Below are positions 26,445 through 36,427 of a stretch of DNA of 64,000 nt, piece after piece. The notes under the pieces are model-generated. The model saw only the letters and a program-made list of their open reading frames with translations. It was not told where the DNA came from and made no database searches. Within the stretch, counting starts at the first letter, position 1, and each line of letters opens with the position of its first letter. The DNA is from Thermodesulfovibrionia bacterium (GTDB lineage Bacteria > Nitrospirota > Thermodesulfovibrionia > UBA6902), in assembly GCA_945787795.1 (NCBI GenBank), contig CALZJD010000001.1:5776-69775 (forward strand). The letters run 5' to 3'. The position numbers were made by a program, and so were the translations under genes.

Positions 26445-29150
26445 TTACTCTTTCTTTCTTAATCCATTGGGTGGTGAAGGTGATGTGGTATCAGGAGATG
26501 CAGATGCCGCCTTGACCCTGATATTGTCAATATAGACACTCATATTCTCATCACTCCCGCTCTTGGGACTTAAATAACCTCCAATGGCGACCTCATGCAT
26601 GCCCGCCCCAACACTCATTGCAGTTACGGTTACTGATACCCAGCCAGTGTCCTGCTCTTCGGCATTGCCATTCTTGTGAATGATATAATCATTTGACGAT
26701 ACCCCGACAAGATTGCCGTCTACTGATACAAGCACTTCGGCATATTCGTTTGAATCGATAGAACCTAACATCATTAGTCTATAGTCAAACCCGATCTCCA
26801 GATCATTCCCGGATACTGTAAAGTTGTTTACCCATCCCCCTGATATAGCATCAGTGCCTCCTACATTATGCCCCAGGTCTATGCGCAGGCCGCCCCCTTC
26901 CTTACCGCCAGATGCATCCCACTGTCCATCAGCAAAAGAAGAATTGGATGTTAACCGGAATTTATCATCATTGTAAGTCAAACCCTCAGAGTTGGCATCA
27001 AAGTTATTCATCGACACATATTGATACGACTCCTGTGTATCCGGGGCTATTGTATTTGGACTTGTCGCCCTGTCCCTTATGTTATTAACCGTTAATCTAT
27101 AGGTTGTCCCATCATTATGTGAGGATGTTGTAAGAGTAACGGTCTTAATATCCGTACCTAATGATGCTTCGGAAACTGTGATGCCATTGTCTATATTGTA
27201 GTTTGAAATGTCTTCTGCGCCTTCCTGCTCTACTGGCTCACTGAAGACCACGGTTACACGGGTGAAATCGATGCCTACACTGACAGAGGCTATTGCAGGA
27301 GGAGTTGTATCGGCCATGGTAGTATCCGAAGTCTGCAAACTTTTTTCAGACTCAAGTCCAGCGCCGTTTACAGCAGAGACTGCATACGTATATGTCGTAC
27401 CTTCAATCAGCCCGGCGTCGTCCGAGAATAAATTTGTGGTTGGCTGATCGATAAGGACATTATTACGGTATACTTTGTATTTACTAATACCTGATTCAGG
27501 GTCACTTGAAGCATTCCACATGAGGTCTATTTGTGATTCACTAGTGGCAACGGCATTTAGACTCAGAGGGATGGTTGGAAGTGTTGTATCAGGAGGAGGC
27601 GGAGACGATGACGATTCTCCCACTACTAGTACCCAATCACTGCTAGAAGGGGCATTTAGGTCAAGCTGTCCTGGAGATAGATTACTGATAGATATTTTAT
27701 CTCCATTCATTACATTGATCCAATAAGCTGGTTTGTTTGAAGTTAAATCTGATAGGTCAATACTCATTGAATTTGTGCTTATTTTAAAAAATATATAAAT
27801 ATCATCAGTTCTTCCAATACAATAACCACCAGAAATAAGTTCATTACATCTCTGAAAATCCCCTATATATTCAAGTGACTGCCATAAATCTCCATATGCC
27901 TTATAAGCAGGAATATCTGCTAAAGGATTGCCGCTCGTTCCTGCACCTGCTTGGTATCCTAAGTTAGAAATATCCAGATCTCCTTTGACTCCTATTTTCC
28001 ATCCAATATTTCCAGCCATAGAAATAAGCCATGCTGTACGCTTTAATTCTGTGGGAGTATAGGGATATCCGGAATTATCTTGCCGAAATTGATCGGAATA
28101 GTAAAGTGGCCGATTATCTAAATTATTATAATCCCCTACTACTGCATCGTATTCATTATCTCCATTTATATAAATAGCCCTTCTACCAGATGCCTCATAC
28201 CCACAATCATCGCAGTAATCACCTTGAGAACCAAATCCATACCTGTTACCAACAAGATGATCCCATGGATCGAATTCACGCATCTTATTTGCATAATATT
28301 CTTCCCAACCATCAGGTCGATTCTCTCCAATATCTCCTCCACTATCAAAAATTATTAGAGGGAAAGCGGACAAACGAGCGTTTAAATATTTCAAAAGAAG
28401 TTCTTCCTGAGCTGATTGTCCAGAAAATCTTGGTCTCCAAGAATCATCACCATAAAGCATGATATGGATGCTCTTATGACTTTCATCTAATTTCTCAATT
28501 AAATATTCAAGAGCATGAAAGTTTTCTAGGGAAAATCCCTGATTTTGGTCTGGAGTACAATCAGAATCATCTTCGCAATTTTTCCAGATAGAATTGAAAA
28601 GTATTGTAGCAACTCCGCTAGCTCCTAATTCATTCAGTACCCAGTCAAAAAATACATCAGTCTGATCACGATTAGAATTATCCAGTTGATGGATCCACAT
28701 ACCAGCATGAAATAGAAAATGGCTTTGCCCTTCTGAATATGCCCAACTCTTAGGATTATTCATATCTTTGGTGAGCATACCTGGATGCGAACTTTGAATG
28801 CAACTTAATGAACCCGTATAACCATTTAATTCAGGATCAGATGAAGCAGTAGAATAATCCCAATCACCTAATTTATGACACATAAACCTGAATTTCCAGG
28901 TATCACTTCCATCATAAAAACCATTTTGTACAAGAGTTTCACCACTTTCATGAGTAAAAATAATTTGAGGGAATTCTTCAAAAGGCCTGTTGGAATGAGT
29001 AGGGTTGTGAATGGAAAGTTCCCATTTGTCCCATTTCCCTACTACTTCTGCTGCTTGGGCTGATGTAATCCGCATTAATATTATTAAGATTATAACAGTG
29101 GGAAAAATCATCGTTTGAATCAATTTAATTCTCAAGATTGTTAAGATCAT
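26445..29150 (-). CDS. Secreted multidomain glycoside-hydrolase-like protein (DUF5060/DUF4038-type N-terminal module, then Ser/Pro linker, FN3, Ig-like and C-terminal lectin/CBM-like domains)
   Basis: 901-aa ORF with a signal-anchor ending in ...ITSAQAAEV. The segment GKWDKWELSIHNPTHSNRPFEE...VQNGFYDGSDTWKFRFMCHKLGDWDYS fits the DUF5060-type Ig module preceding a TIM-barrel-like region. An SSSSPPPPDTT linker follows. The FN3 domain is IDLMWNASSDPESGISKYKVYRNN...GTTYTYAVSAVNGAGLES. The Ig-like domain is DTTPPAIASVSV...YRLTVNNIRD. A beta-sandwich tail ends the protein. Confidence 0.65.
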   Translation of the reverse strand: MILTILRIKLIQTMIFPTVIILIILMRITSAQAAEVVGKWDKWELSIHNPTHSNRPFEEFPQIIFTHESGETLVQNGFYDGSDTWKFRFMCHKLGDWDYSTASSDPELNGYTGSLSCIQSSHPGMLTKDMNNPKSWAYSEGQSHFLFHAGMWIHQLDNSNRDQTDVFFDWVLNELGASGVATILFNSIWKNCEDDSDCTPDQNQGFSLENFHALEYLIEKLDESHKSIHIMLYGDDSWRPRFSGQSAQEELLLKYLNARLSAFPLIIFDSGGDIGENRPDGWEEYYANKMREFDPWDHLVGNRYGFGSQGDYCDDCGYEASGRRAIYINGDNEYDAVVGDYNNLDNRPLYYSDQFRQDNSGYPYTPTELKRTAWLISMAGNIGWKIGVKGDLDISNLGYQAGAGTSGNPLADIPAYKAYGDLWQSLEYIGDFQRCNELISGGYCIGRTDDIYIFFKISTNSMSIDLSDLTSNKPAYWINVMNGDKISISNLSPGQLDLNAPSSSDWVLVVGESSSSPPPPDTTLPTIPLSLNAVATSESQIDLMWNASSDPESGISKYKVYRNNVLIDQPTTNLFSDDAGLIEGTTYTYAVSAVNGAGLESEKSLQTSDTTMADTTPPAIASVSVGIDFTRVTVVFSEPVEQEGAEDISNYNIDNGITVSEASLGTDIKTVTLTTSSHNDGTTYRLTVNNIRDRATSPNTIAPDTQESYQYVSMNNFDANSEGLTYNDDKFRLTSNSSFADGQWDASGGKEGGGLRIDLGHNVGGTDAISGGWVNNFTVSGNDLEIGFDYRLMMLGSIDSNEYAEVLVSVDGNLVGVSSNDYIIHKNGNAEEQDTGWVSVTVTAMSVGAGMHEVAIGGYLSPKSGSDENMSVYIDNIRVKAASASPDTTSPSPPNGLRKKE

Positions 29151-29806
29151 TAAGACTCCCTCCAGATTAAGACCTTAGAACTTTTAAGGCATACTCCAAA
29201 AAGCATACATTTACCTTATGTCCTATGACTTTAAGGATCAAATATTGTCAATTGAACTTAATCATATACATTTCTAATAATTTTCATTATTTAATTATTT
29301 TCCTATCAAAATTATATAATAGCTACCTAGTACCCATAATACAAAATCTCTGCAAGATCTATACCATTAGTGAGATGATATCGCATCCTCCCTAAAAATT
29401 ATAAATATTTCATAATAACTTTTCTGTTAGCTCTTTAGTTAAACGAATTATGTATAGTTTTTCATGCAGTCAAAATTTATTTTATTTAACATGTATATGT
29501 CAATACCAATTGTTTATAGCATTTTTTTTACGTTCTACATACAGGTTAAAAGAATTGATCGAAAAATAATGTAATTTAACTCACAAGTTATCTTCTATTT
29601 ATTAGTTTTAGCAGCAATTTATCAAATGTTTTTTTCAACAGGATTTAATAGGAACAAGGTTAAGAATATACAATGCAAAAAAGATATGTTTGAGATTGAA
29701 CAGGAAGCATTAAGGCTTAATATTCAGTCGGCTTTGAGGCGGTTCACAACCGGTAAGTAAACACCTTCTGGAATGAATAAGATCATTTTATCATTATTAA
29801 ACCCAC

Positions 29807-31276
29807 CTACAATTCTTGCTGTCCTTTAAGAGAATAAAAGATTTCTTGGATTTCTTCATAGCTCAATCTTCTCATTGCAAATAAGGCCGAAAAATAAGCT
29901 CCGATGAACAGAAACATTAGAAAAAAATTGGTAATCATCGTACCTTTGAAAATGAATATTAGACCCATAAAACACCCCGGAGCAATTACCTTAAATACGC
30001 CTTTGAGACACGGGATTAATTCATCGCTAAAATAATGTAATAAAACTAATGCAATGATAAAACAAGAAGCAGAAGTAGCAATAGAACAACCCATAGAAAA
30101 ATACTTTGGTATCAAGATAATTGATAAAATTAAAAAGGTAACAAATCCGGCACATAATGCCTGAAGATATCTTTGTGGCTTTTTATAAACAACAGAATAC
30201 ACAAATCCAACTTGAATTAAAATTGTAGGGAAGAGACCCAATAACAGCACCACTACATTGGGGAATACATCCTTATAATCATTCCCCACAAGCAAAGGTA
30301 TAATATCCGAACCCATAAGCACAAATGAACCAAAGAATGCCATATTTATAATACTCATATATTTTATGATCTTGTTAGACCATATATGAATTTTATATTC
30401 CTTTTCCATTATCAACAATTGAGTAAAAATGGGAATGAGTGAATTAATTATGATGACAGTAAAAGATATGACAACAAGAAATATTTGATTTGCAATATCA
30501 AAAAAAGCGACCTTTGCAGAATCTCTTGTTAGAAAATCTATCAAAATATTCCCAAGCCTCTGCCAACAATTCGATAACAGCCATGAACCATATAATAAAA
30601 AACCAAATTTTAAATAGGGCATTAAGAAAGATATGTTAACTCCTGAGTTCTTAAAGTTGATAAATGTTCTGGTCCATACAACTCCAAGAACAAGGAGGGA
30701 GACGTCAACTATAACGATAGCTCCAATAGCGCCTAAAAGGCCATAGTAGTGAAAAAAAATTAATATAAGGGAGAGACTTAGCACTCTCCTTACAGGTTCA
30801 TACAAAGAAAATTTCACCAATTTATTCAAACCGAATAAAAGCGAAAAGAAGACACTTGCCCAATCTCTTATAAGGACAATTAGGCAAATAATTAAAAAGT
30901 AAACACTTGGGAATTGATCTTTATAAACAAGATAAAGTACAAAAAATAGGATAACAGATACAAATAAACTGATAATGGTTTTAAAAAAAAGCATATTGGA
31001 AAATAATCTGTTAGCAATTTGCCATTCCCCTTTAGCTTTATGCTCCGAGATAAATCTTCCATGAATGTCTCCCACCCCGATGTTCACCAAAGCACTAGTG
31101 ATTGTAATTATTGAGATGAATAAAGCGAGTTTTCCATAAATTTCAGGCCCCATAATCCTGGGAACAAACATTATAAAAAGTACTAAAAATGGAAACTGAG
31201 CTACTTTAAGTAAGAAAACACCTGATAAGTTTCGTGCAGTAACAGTTGCTTCTTTACTCGCGATTTTTACTCCCAT
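29807..31276 (-). CDS. wzx: Wzx-type (MOP superfamily) polysaccharide flippase, copy 2
   Basis: 489-aa ORF, extremely hydrophobic with many TM segments. It lies in very AT-rich DNA: the spot count for 30361-30420 is 13/60 G+C. Confidence 0.7.
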   Translation of the reverse strand: MGVKIASKEATVTARNLSGVFLLKVAQFPFLVLFIMFVPRIMGPEIYGKLALFISIITITSALVNIGVGDIHGRFISEHKAKGEWQIANRLFSNMLFFKTIISLFVSVILFFVLYLVYKDQFPSVYFLIICLIVLIRDWASVFFSLLFGLNKLVKFSLYEPVRRVLSLSLILIFFHYYGLLGAIGAIVIVDVSLLVLGVVWTRTFINFKNSGVNISFLMPYLKFGFLLYGSWLLSNCWQRLGNILIDFLTRDSAKVAFFDIANQIFLVVISFTVIIINSLIPIFTQLLIMEKEYKIHIWSNKIIKYMSIINMAFFGSFVLMGSDIIPLLVGNDYKDVFPNVVVLLLGLFPTILIQVGFVYSVVYKKPQRYLQALCAGFVTFLILSIILIPKYFSMGCSIATSASCFIIALVLLHYFSDELIPCLKGVFKVIAPGCFMGLIFIFKGTMITNFFLMFLFIGAYFSALFAMRRLSYEEIQEIFYSLKGQQEL

Positions 31277-31467
31277 ATTAAATCCCAGGACACTGTCATG
31301 TTACATTCCATTGTGATGTGCGCTGTAAGACTACCCTTTATGTAATACCGCTTCAAATTAGTGTTTTCCGATCAGATGACCAGCCAATTAGATAATGCTT
31401 TAAAAAGAAGTTCTTGCAGCCTTTAATACTCTGTAAATTGCTTGACAGATGTGAATAACAGCAATTA

Positions 31468-32373
31468 TTATCTTACCCCAAATTTTGCCGACATATAACC
31501 CGCAGCACGCATTAAACTGGAGAGATATACTAATGGGAAGCACAAAAGTCTATCGGAAGTCTTTTCAACATGTTTGCTTACCAAATAGGGTCGTTTAATA
31601 AGTCTCACTATTCCGCTGGATGTCGCTAAAGACATTTCTGGAGAATCTATATCTATTTCTTGTTTTTTCTGATCGGTTACAAACTGTCCAATCCCATATT
31701 TATAGTATTGCTTTAAGAAAGATTTGAGAGTGCTCCGTTGAAAGTGTGTTACCGTTATATCAGGCGAAAAGATCATTTTATATCCTTTCTTAATAAGTCT
31801 ATTTTGTATTTCAGCTTCTTCACCACCATATATTAATCCTTCCTCAAAATATCCAACATCTTCAACTGCATTCTTTTTATATGACTGATTGTTCCCTACC
31901 AAAAATTTAGTATAATTATTATCAATTAGACGATCATACAGGTAATATGTGACTATTTGCTGGCCAATTCTGGCTATTATATTATCTTCAAAGCCATTAA
32001 AGACCAAGCCGCCTACAGCAGCTACGTCCGGGTATCTAAGGTGGTACTTTGCTATATTTGACACCCAATCTCGACTCACTATGCTGTCATCATCAGTAAA
32101 CGCGACCACTTCCCCTTGAGCGTTTTTCACTGCTGTGTTTCGTGCTGCTCCCAAACCCTTATTTTTTTCATGTTTAATATATCGAAAGGTTACTTTAGAG
32201 TAAACATTCTTTTTATATTCTCCGACCATTTGGTCTGTTCCATCTACAGAACCATCATCTACAACTATAACTTCGTAATTATCGTAATCCTGATTAATAA
32301 AGGAATCCAAGCATTGGGACAAAAAGTTCTTTCTGTTATACGTGCAGACTATTGCAGAAATTTTTATTGTCAT
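31468..32373 (-). CDS. Glycosyltransferase family 2
   Basis: 301-aa ORF with KISAIVCTYNRKNFLSQCLDSFINQDYDNYEVIVVDDGSVDGT and VAFTDDDS (DxD). Confidence 0.9.
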   Translation of the reverse strand: MTIKISAIVCTYNRKNFLSQCLDSFINQDYDNYEVIVVDDGSVDGTDQMVGEYKKNVYSKVTFRYIKHEKNKGLGAARNTAVKNAQGEVVAFTDDDSIVSRDWVSNIAKYHLRYPDVAAVGGLVFNGFEDNIIARIGQQIVTYYLYDRLIDNNYTKFLVGNNQSYKKNAVEDVGYFEEGLIYGGEEAEIQNRLIKKGYKMIFSPDITVTHFQRSTLKSFLKQYYKYGIGQFVTDQKKQEIDIDSPEMSLATSSGIVRLIKRPYLVSKHVEKTSDRLLCFPLVYLSSLMRAAGYMSAKFGVR

Positions 32374-32403
32374 ATCACCTCACTGTTTCAATAAATAGAT
32401 GTA

Positions 32404-32868
32404 TTATTCATAGTAAATTGCAGATTGTACCATGTTTTGCCAATAGATTTTATTTATAACAGAAAGCAGGACGCTTCCATATTTTTCAGTACTATGCGTG
32501 ATGGAAAAACGCTGGGGAACAACATAGGGAAATAAATCGTGTATTGTCACGATACCTTTGCAGGGACACACTACGGAAGCTGAGTGATACGGGAAAAAGA
32601 GCAAATGAAGTCGATCCATAAGAGCTTCAATGGGCAGTCTAATCTGCTGCAAGAGCTTTCTGTTTCCTGATCTTATCACTCGAAATGATGCCGATGGATT
32701 TGAGGTCGTTAACTGTTCTGGTATTTCATCCCGGCACTAAATAAAATATCGATTTTTTGTATCAATCTTTAGCAGGCTATTGATCAGGTTATATGTATAA
32801 ACAATAATACCGTTTTGCAAGCCCTTTTTAATTCCCCAGATTCCTGTTGCATCTATACTAATCTTCAT
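32404..32868 (-). pseudogene. Remnant of a GT4 glycosyltransferase (in-frame amber codon plus 3' truncation)
   Basis: My translation from the ATG at 32868 gives MKISIDATGIWGIKKGLQNGIIVYTYNLINSLLKIDTKNRYFI*CRDEIPEQL... The TAG lies at 32739-32737. The same frame continues into track ORF 32404-32679 (...LHLLFFPYHSASVVCPCKGIVTIHDLFPY...). These are N-terminal GT4 motifs (compare MRIGV...GIGIYTQNLMDHI...NEYVLFYRNPE in 35246-36361). The reading frame ends after about 154 codons, so the whole EX7E C-domain is missing. Confidence 0.7.
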
Positions 32869-32898
32869 ATTTCTGTGCCCGGATTTATTTGCAATTGA

Positions 32899-34992
32899 TC
32901 AAAGTATATATTTCTTCCTGAACCAATCAAATGTCCTGGTTAATCCTTCTTCAAGCGGTATTTCAGTCTCCCATCCTAATTCCTTTTTTGCCTTCGTATT
33001 ATCAAAAATGACCTTTGACTGCTTCGACTTCATCTGGGCTCGCGATGTCACTCCTTTCTTAACAGCTCCCAGAAATGCGGCAACTTCATATGCAGTAGCC
33101 GCGGTATATGGAAAGATGAAAGGCAATGAAATGATGCGGGCATTTATGCCTGTGACTTTCACAAAAAGCTCCAGATATTTTTTGGGCGTTACATGGCCGT
33201 CGTCAACGAGGTTATAAATCTGTCCAACAGCATTATCAGCAAATGCAGCGCGATATATTCCATCTACGGTATTTTCTATGTATGTTAATGGCAATACTGT
33301 GTCCCCGTCTCCAATCATCAGGAATATATTGTTCGGAAGGCGAAATCCCAGATGGGGGAAGAAGACAGGTCCCAGGGGACCTATTACCTTTCCCGGGCGA
33401 ACAACCGTGACTCCGAGCCCATTTTCTCTGTGAGCGTTAAGAGCCAGTTTTTCCACCTCGATTTTTGAGTATGCATATGCCCCCATACGTTCAGGGCTTT
33501 TTTGATATTTCGATCCTTCCGCAATGTTCGTATCATGAATATCCAGCAGTTCATAAACCGCCAGGGACCCGAACTGAACAAATCTTTCAATGCCCTCATC
33601 CAAGGAGGCATTTATGAGATGTCTGGTCCCATTAATTGTGGTGCGCGTCTGTTCTTCGAAGTCACTGCTGTCAGAAGCCGCAGCATGGATTACGGTCTTT
33701 ATGCCTTTTACCGCTCTGCGAAGTGCATTTTCGTCTGACATTTCAACTTCCATAATATCGATATCCAATTTTTTCATCCGACCTGCACGGAGACTGTTCG
33801 GCCTAACAAGCGCGCGAACATCTTTTTTTTCTGACAGTAATTTTTTTATAAGATATGTTCCTATAAGTCCGCTTGCCCCCGTAACAAGTACGCTGGGACA
33901 TGAACTGCGATGTTCCCTTTCAAATGAAGGCAGCTTCTGCTTTATGTCCACTACCGGTTCTGGCCAGACCCTGTTCATTAACTCAACCACCCTCAGACTC
34001 ATATCCAGAGATACGGGCATTTTGCCTTTCTTCCGAACTGCTTCATAAAACTTGCTTATGACCGGTTCTGAATTGTTCTTATGAACTGTTCCGGTGGCAA
34101 ACTTATAAATGTTTGAGACAGCCTCCCTTAAGCTCTGCCTGCTCACCTGAAATCCTGCAAGACCTCTTGTAACAGCTCGAGGAAGGTCGGACTTTGTTCT
34201 TACTATTAAAATGTTGCTAAAGGTGTCCGCCTGTATAGTCCCCTTTTTCCCTTTTATTGTCAGACTTTCAGCTTCAGGCTTTTCATTCAATGAAAGACTT
34301 ATATACCCCATAATACTTGATGAATTAATTATTACCCTGATTTCATCCGGCCACCCTTCAGGCAGGCGGCCATGGCTCTTACTGACACAATGAACTTCCC
34401 GGAGGTCTGACATAAATTCTAAAACCAGAGAGGCCGAATGGGGCATGAGGTCTTCAAGAGGTCCGCCGTTCATTCCATAAATCCAGTGAGTAAATTCGGC
34501 CCCTTCTTCAGTCATGGGCTGATAACGCGTCGGTTCAAAGGACTGGTATGCCTCTACAGATACAATATCACCAACAACTCCTCCAAGCGCAAGTTCCCTA
34601 GCTCTTCGGACTACTTCCGAAAAGAGAGCACTATGGCCGACACATAATTTGACATTGTTTTTTACAGCCTCTTCAATCATGCTCTTTGCGTCTCCTGCCA
34701 TTAATGCCATGGGTTTCTCAACAAATACGTGGCAGCCGTGCTTCATTGCCATAATACTGTTTTGAGCATGGTGCTGCGGAGGAGTAAGTACATGTACAAT
34801 ATCCGGTTTCTGTTCCATGATCATGGCTTCAGCATCATCAAAATAATTGCTGATGTTAAAATCTCTTGCTGCTGCCTTTGCCCTAGTAATGTCTACGTCC
34901 GCTACCCCGACAATTGCTACATCATCCTGCTGCTCAATAACCGGAACATGAGAAAACGCAATGTGCCCTCCACCAATGATCGCTACTCTCAT
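32899..34992 (-). CDS. Fusion protein: N-terminal Gfo/Idh/MocA oxidoreductase plus C-terminal NAD-dependent epimerase/dehydratase (extended SDR)
   Basis: 697-aa ORF. The N-terminal part has MRVAIIGGGHIAFSHVPVI...GCHVFVEKPMAL (Rossmann fold plus EKP motif). From about residue 365 it has VLVTGASGLIGTYLIKKLL (GxxGxxG) and YAYSKIEVEKL (YxxxK). Confidence 0.8.
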   Translation of the reverse strand: MRVAIIGGGHIAFSHVPVIEQQDDVAIVGVADVDITRAKAAARDFNISNYFDDAEAMIMEQKPDIVHVLTPPQHHAQNSIMAMKHGCHVFVEKPMALMAGDAKSMIEEAVKNNVKLCVGHSALFSEVVRRARELALGGVVGDIVSVEAYQSFEPTRYQPMTEEGAEFTHWIYGMNGGPLEDLMPHSASLVLEFMSDLREVHCVSKSHGRLPEGWPDEIRVIINSSSIMGYISLSLNEKPEAESLTIKGKKGTIQADTFSNILIVRTKSDLPRAVTRGLAGFQVSRQSLREAVSNIYKFATGTVHKNNSEPVISKFYEAVRKKGKMPVSLDMSLRVVELMNRVWPEPVVDIKQKLPSFEREHRSSCPSVLVTGASGLIGTYLIKKLLSEKKDVRALVRPNSLRAGRMKKLDIDIMEVEMSDENALRRAVKGIKTVIHAAASDSSDFEEQTRTTINGTRHLINASLDEGIERFVQFGSLAVYELLDIHDTNIAEGSKYQKSPERMGAYAYSKIEVEKLALNAHRENGLGVTVVRPGKVIGPLGPVFFPHLGFRLPNNIFLMIGDGDTVLPLTYIENTVDGIYRAAFADNAVGQIYNLVDDGHVTPKKYLELFVKVTGINARIISLPFIFPYTAATAYEVAAFLGAVKKGVTSRAQMKSKQSKVIFDNTKAKKELGWETEIPLEEGLTRTFDWFRKKYIL

Positions 34993-35245
34993 ATATTTCT
35001 CACCCTTTCTCTATCGTTTACTCATATTAGCAGATTAATATACAGCAATCATACTGCTCAAGCATGTTATACCATTCACAGCAGGCTGTAATTTCGCTCA
35101 CCAGCTTCCATTTCACAGAGGTTACGCCTCTTGAAACAGAACCTTATTAAATATACCGTTCTGATTAAATGAAATAATGCAGGGAAAAGTCATAACTCTA
35201 GAATAGCTGTTTCTGACAGTCGCCCTTATTCTTGTTTGCAGGTTC

Positions 35246-36361
35246 TCATTGATCAGCCATAATAGCATGGAAAATGTCCAGTGTTTCTCTCGCTGCTTTA
35301 TCCCAACTGTATTTTTTCGTTCGACTGAACCCTTCGTTAATCATACTCTCTCTGAGATCTTTGTCTCTGATTACTTTCAAAACAGTTTCGGTAATATTGC
35401 CGACGTCCATAGGATCAACAAACATTGCAGCAGATCCCGCAATTTCAGGCGGAGCCCCTGTTTCAGAAGTCACTACAGGACACCCGCATGCCATAGCTTC
35501 AACAATCGGAATTCCGAAACCCTCGTACATGGATGGAAATAACAACAATTCTGCCATGCTGTAGATCGCCGGAAGATCTCTCTGGCTCACCCAGCCGGTA
35601 GGAACAATATCATCTTTTAACTCCAGTGATCTGATCTGATCATGGTACTCTTCAAAATCCATTTCCAGGTCACCTGCCGCTACTAATTTCACCGGTGCTT
35701 CAAGCTGATCTTTGATGAGCCTGAGGGATTTAATAACGTTCAGAAAATTTTTCCCCGGATAACTCTTTCCTATATAAAGGATGTATCTTTCCGGAAGATC
35801 AAATTTGCTCCGACAGTTCTCCAGTGTATCTTTGTCCCTGACCGGGATAAAATGGGGATCTGTGGCGGAATGTACTACATAAAGTTTCCTGGAGTCAACA
35901 CCTATATGATGTATTATGTCATCTGCAGTAAATCTTGATACAGAAGAAATCGCCGTAGCCTTTTTGCAGTACATCGGCATCATGATATTAATATAAAACC
36001 TGTCGATCATACCGCAATTCCCCGGGTGAACAAACCATTCAGAACCATGCATCACCATAACTGATTTCCTGCGGGTCAGCAGCGGTACCGTAAATTTGGT
36101 ATGAAATAGCAGATCTATTCTCTCACGACTCATTTCAATGGGTATTTTAATCTGGTCCCAGATGACTTTATTGTATGACTTAACAAGCTTTTCCTTCACA
36201 TGGCCATACTGTTTATAACGGCCGAGATACTCCGGGTTGCGGTAAAAGAGGACATATTCATTTTTATCGTCAAAAGGTATGATATGGTCCATCAGATTCT
36301 GCGTGTAGATACCAATCCCCTGTTTCTCATCTATTGTTCTCAGCATAACACCTATCCTCAT
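35246..36361 (-). CDS. Glycosyltransferase family 4
   Basis: 371-aa ORF with LLLFPSMYEGFGIPIVEAMACGCPVVTSETGAPPE (EX7E). Confidence 0.9.
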   Translation of the reverse strand: MRIGVMLRTIDEKQGIGIYTQNLMDHIIPFDDKNEYVLFYRNPEYLGRYKQYGHVKEKLVKSYNKVIWDQIKIPIEMSRERIDLLFHTKFTVPLLTRRKSVMVMHGSEWFVHPGNCGMIDRFYINIMMPMYCKKATAISSVSRFTADDIIHHIGVDSRKLYVVHSATDPHFIPVRDKDTLENCRSKFDLPERYILYIGKSYPGKNFLNVIKSLRLIKDQLEAPVKLVAAGDLEMDFEEYHDQIRSLELKDDIVPTGWVSQRDLPAIYSMAELLLFPSMYEGFGIPIVEAMACGCPVVTSETGAPPEIAGSAAMFVDPMDVGNITETVLKVIRDKDLRESMINEGFSRTKKYSWDKAARETLDIFHAIMADQ

Positions 36362-36427
36362 AAAACCTGGTCATTCCCCCGGAATAAAATTAGTATTTCG
36401 GGAATATCAGTGAATTGTTCACTTACA

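Noticed and set aside
26445-26520. A possible PEP-CTERM sorting signal at the C-terminus of the 901-aa secreted protein (...SPDTTSPSPPNGLRKKE).
   Set aside because: There is no PEP tripeptide followed by a hydrophobic transmembrane helix. The Pro-rich stretch is followed directly by the basic tail.
29686-29760. 24-aa plus-strand ORF (MFEIEQEALRLNIQSALRRFTTGK) in the AT-rich spacer, considered as a possible gene fragment or antitoxin remnant.
   Set aside because: It is too short, has no RBS and no recognisable family. It cannot be supported from sequence alone.
33590-34048. 152-aa plus-strand ORF, together with similar ones at 44769-45155, 47048-47386, 62951-63316 and 5363-5710.
   Set aside because: All are fully embedded antisense in strongly supported minus-strand genes. 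Their Ser/Leu/Arg-rich shadow composition has no family signatures.
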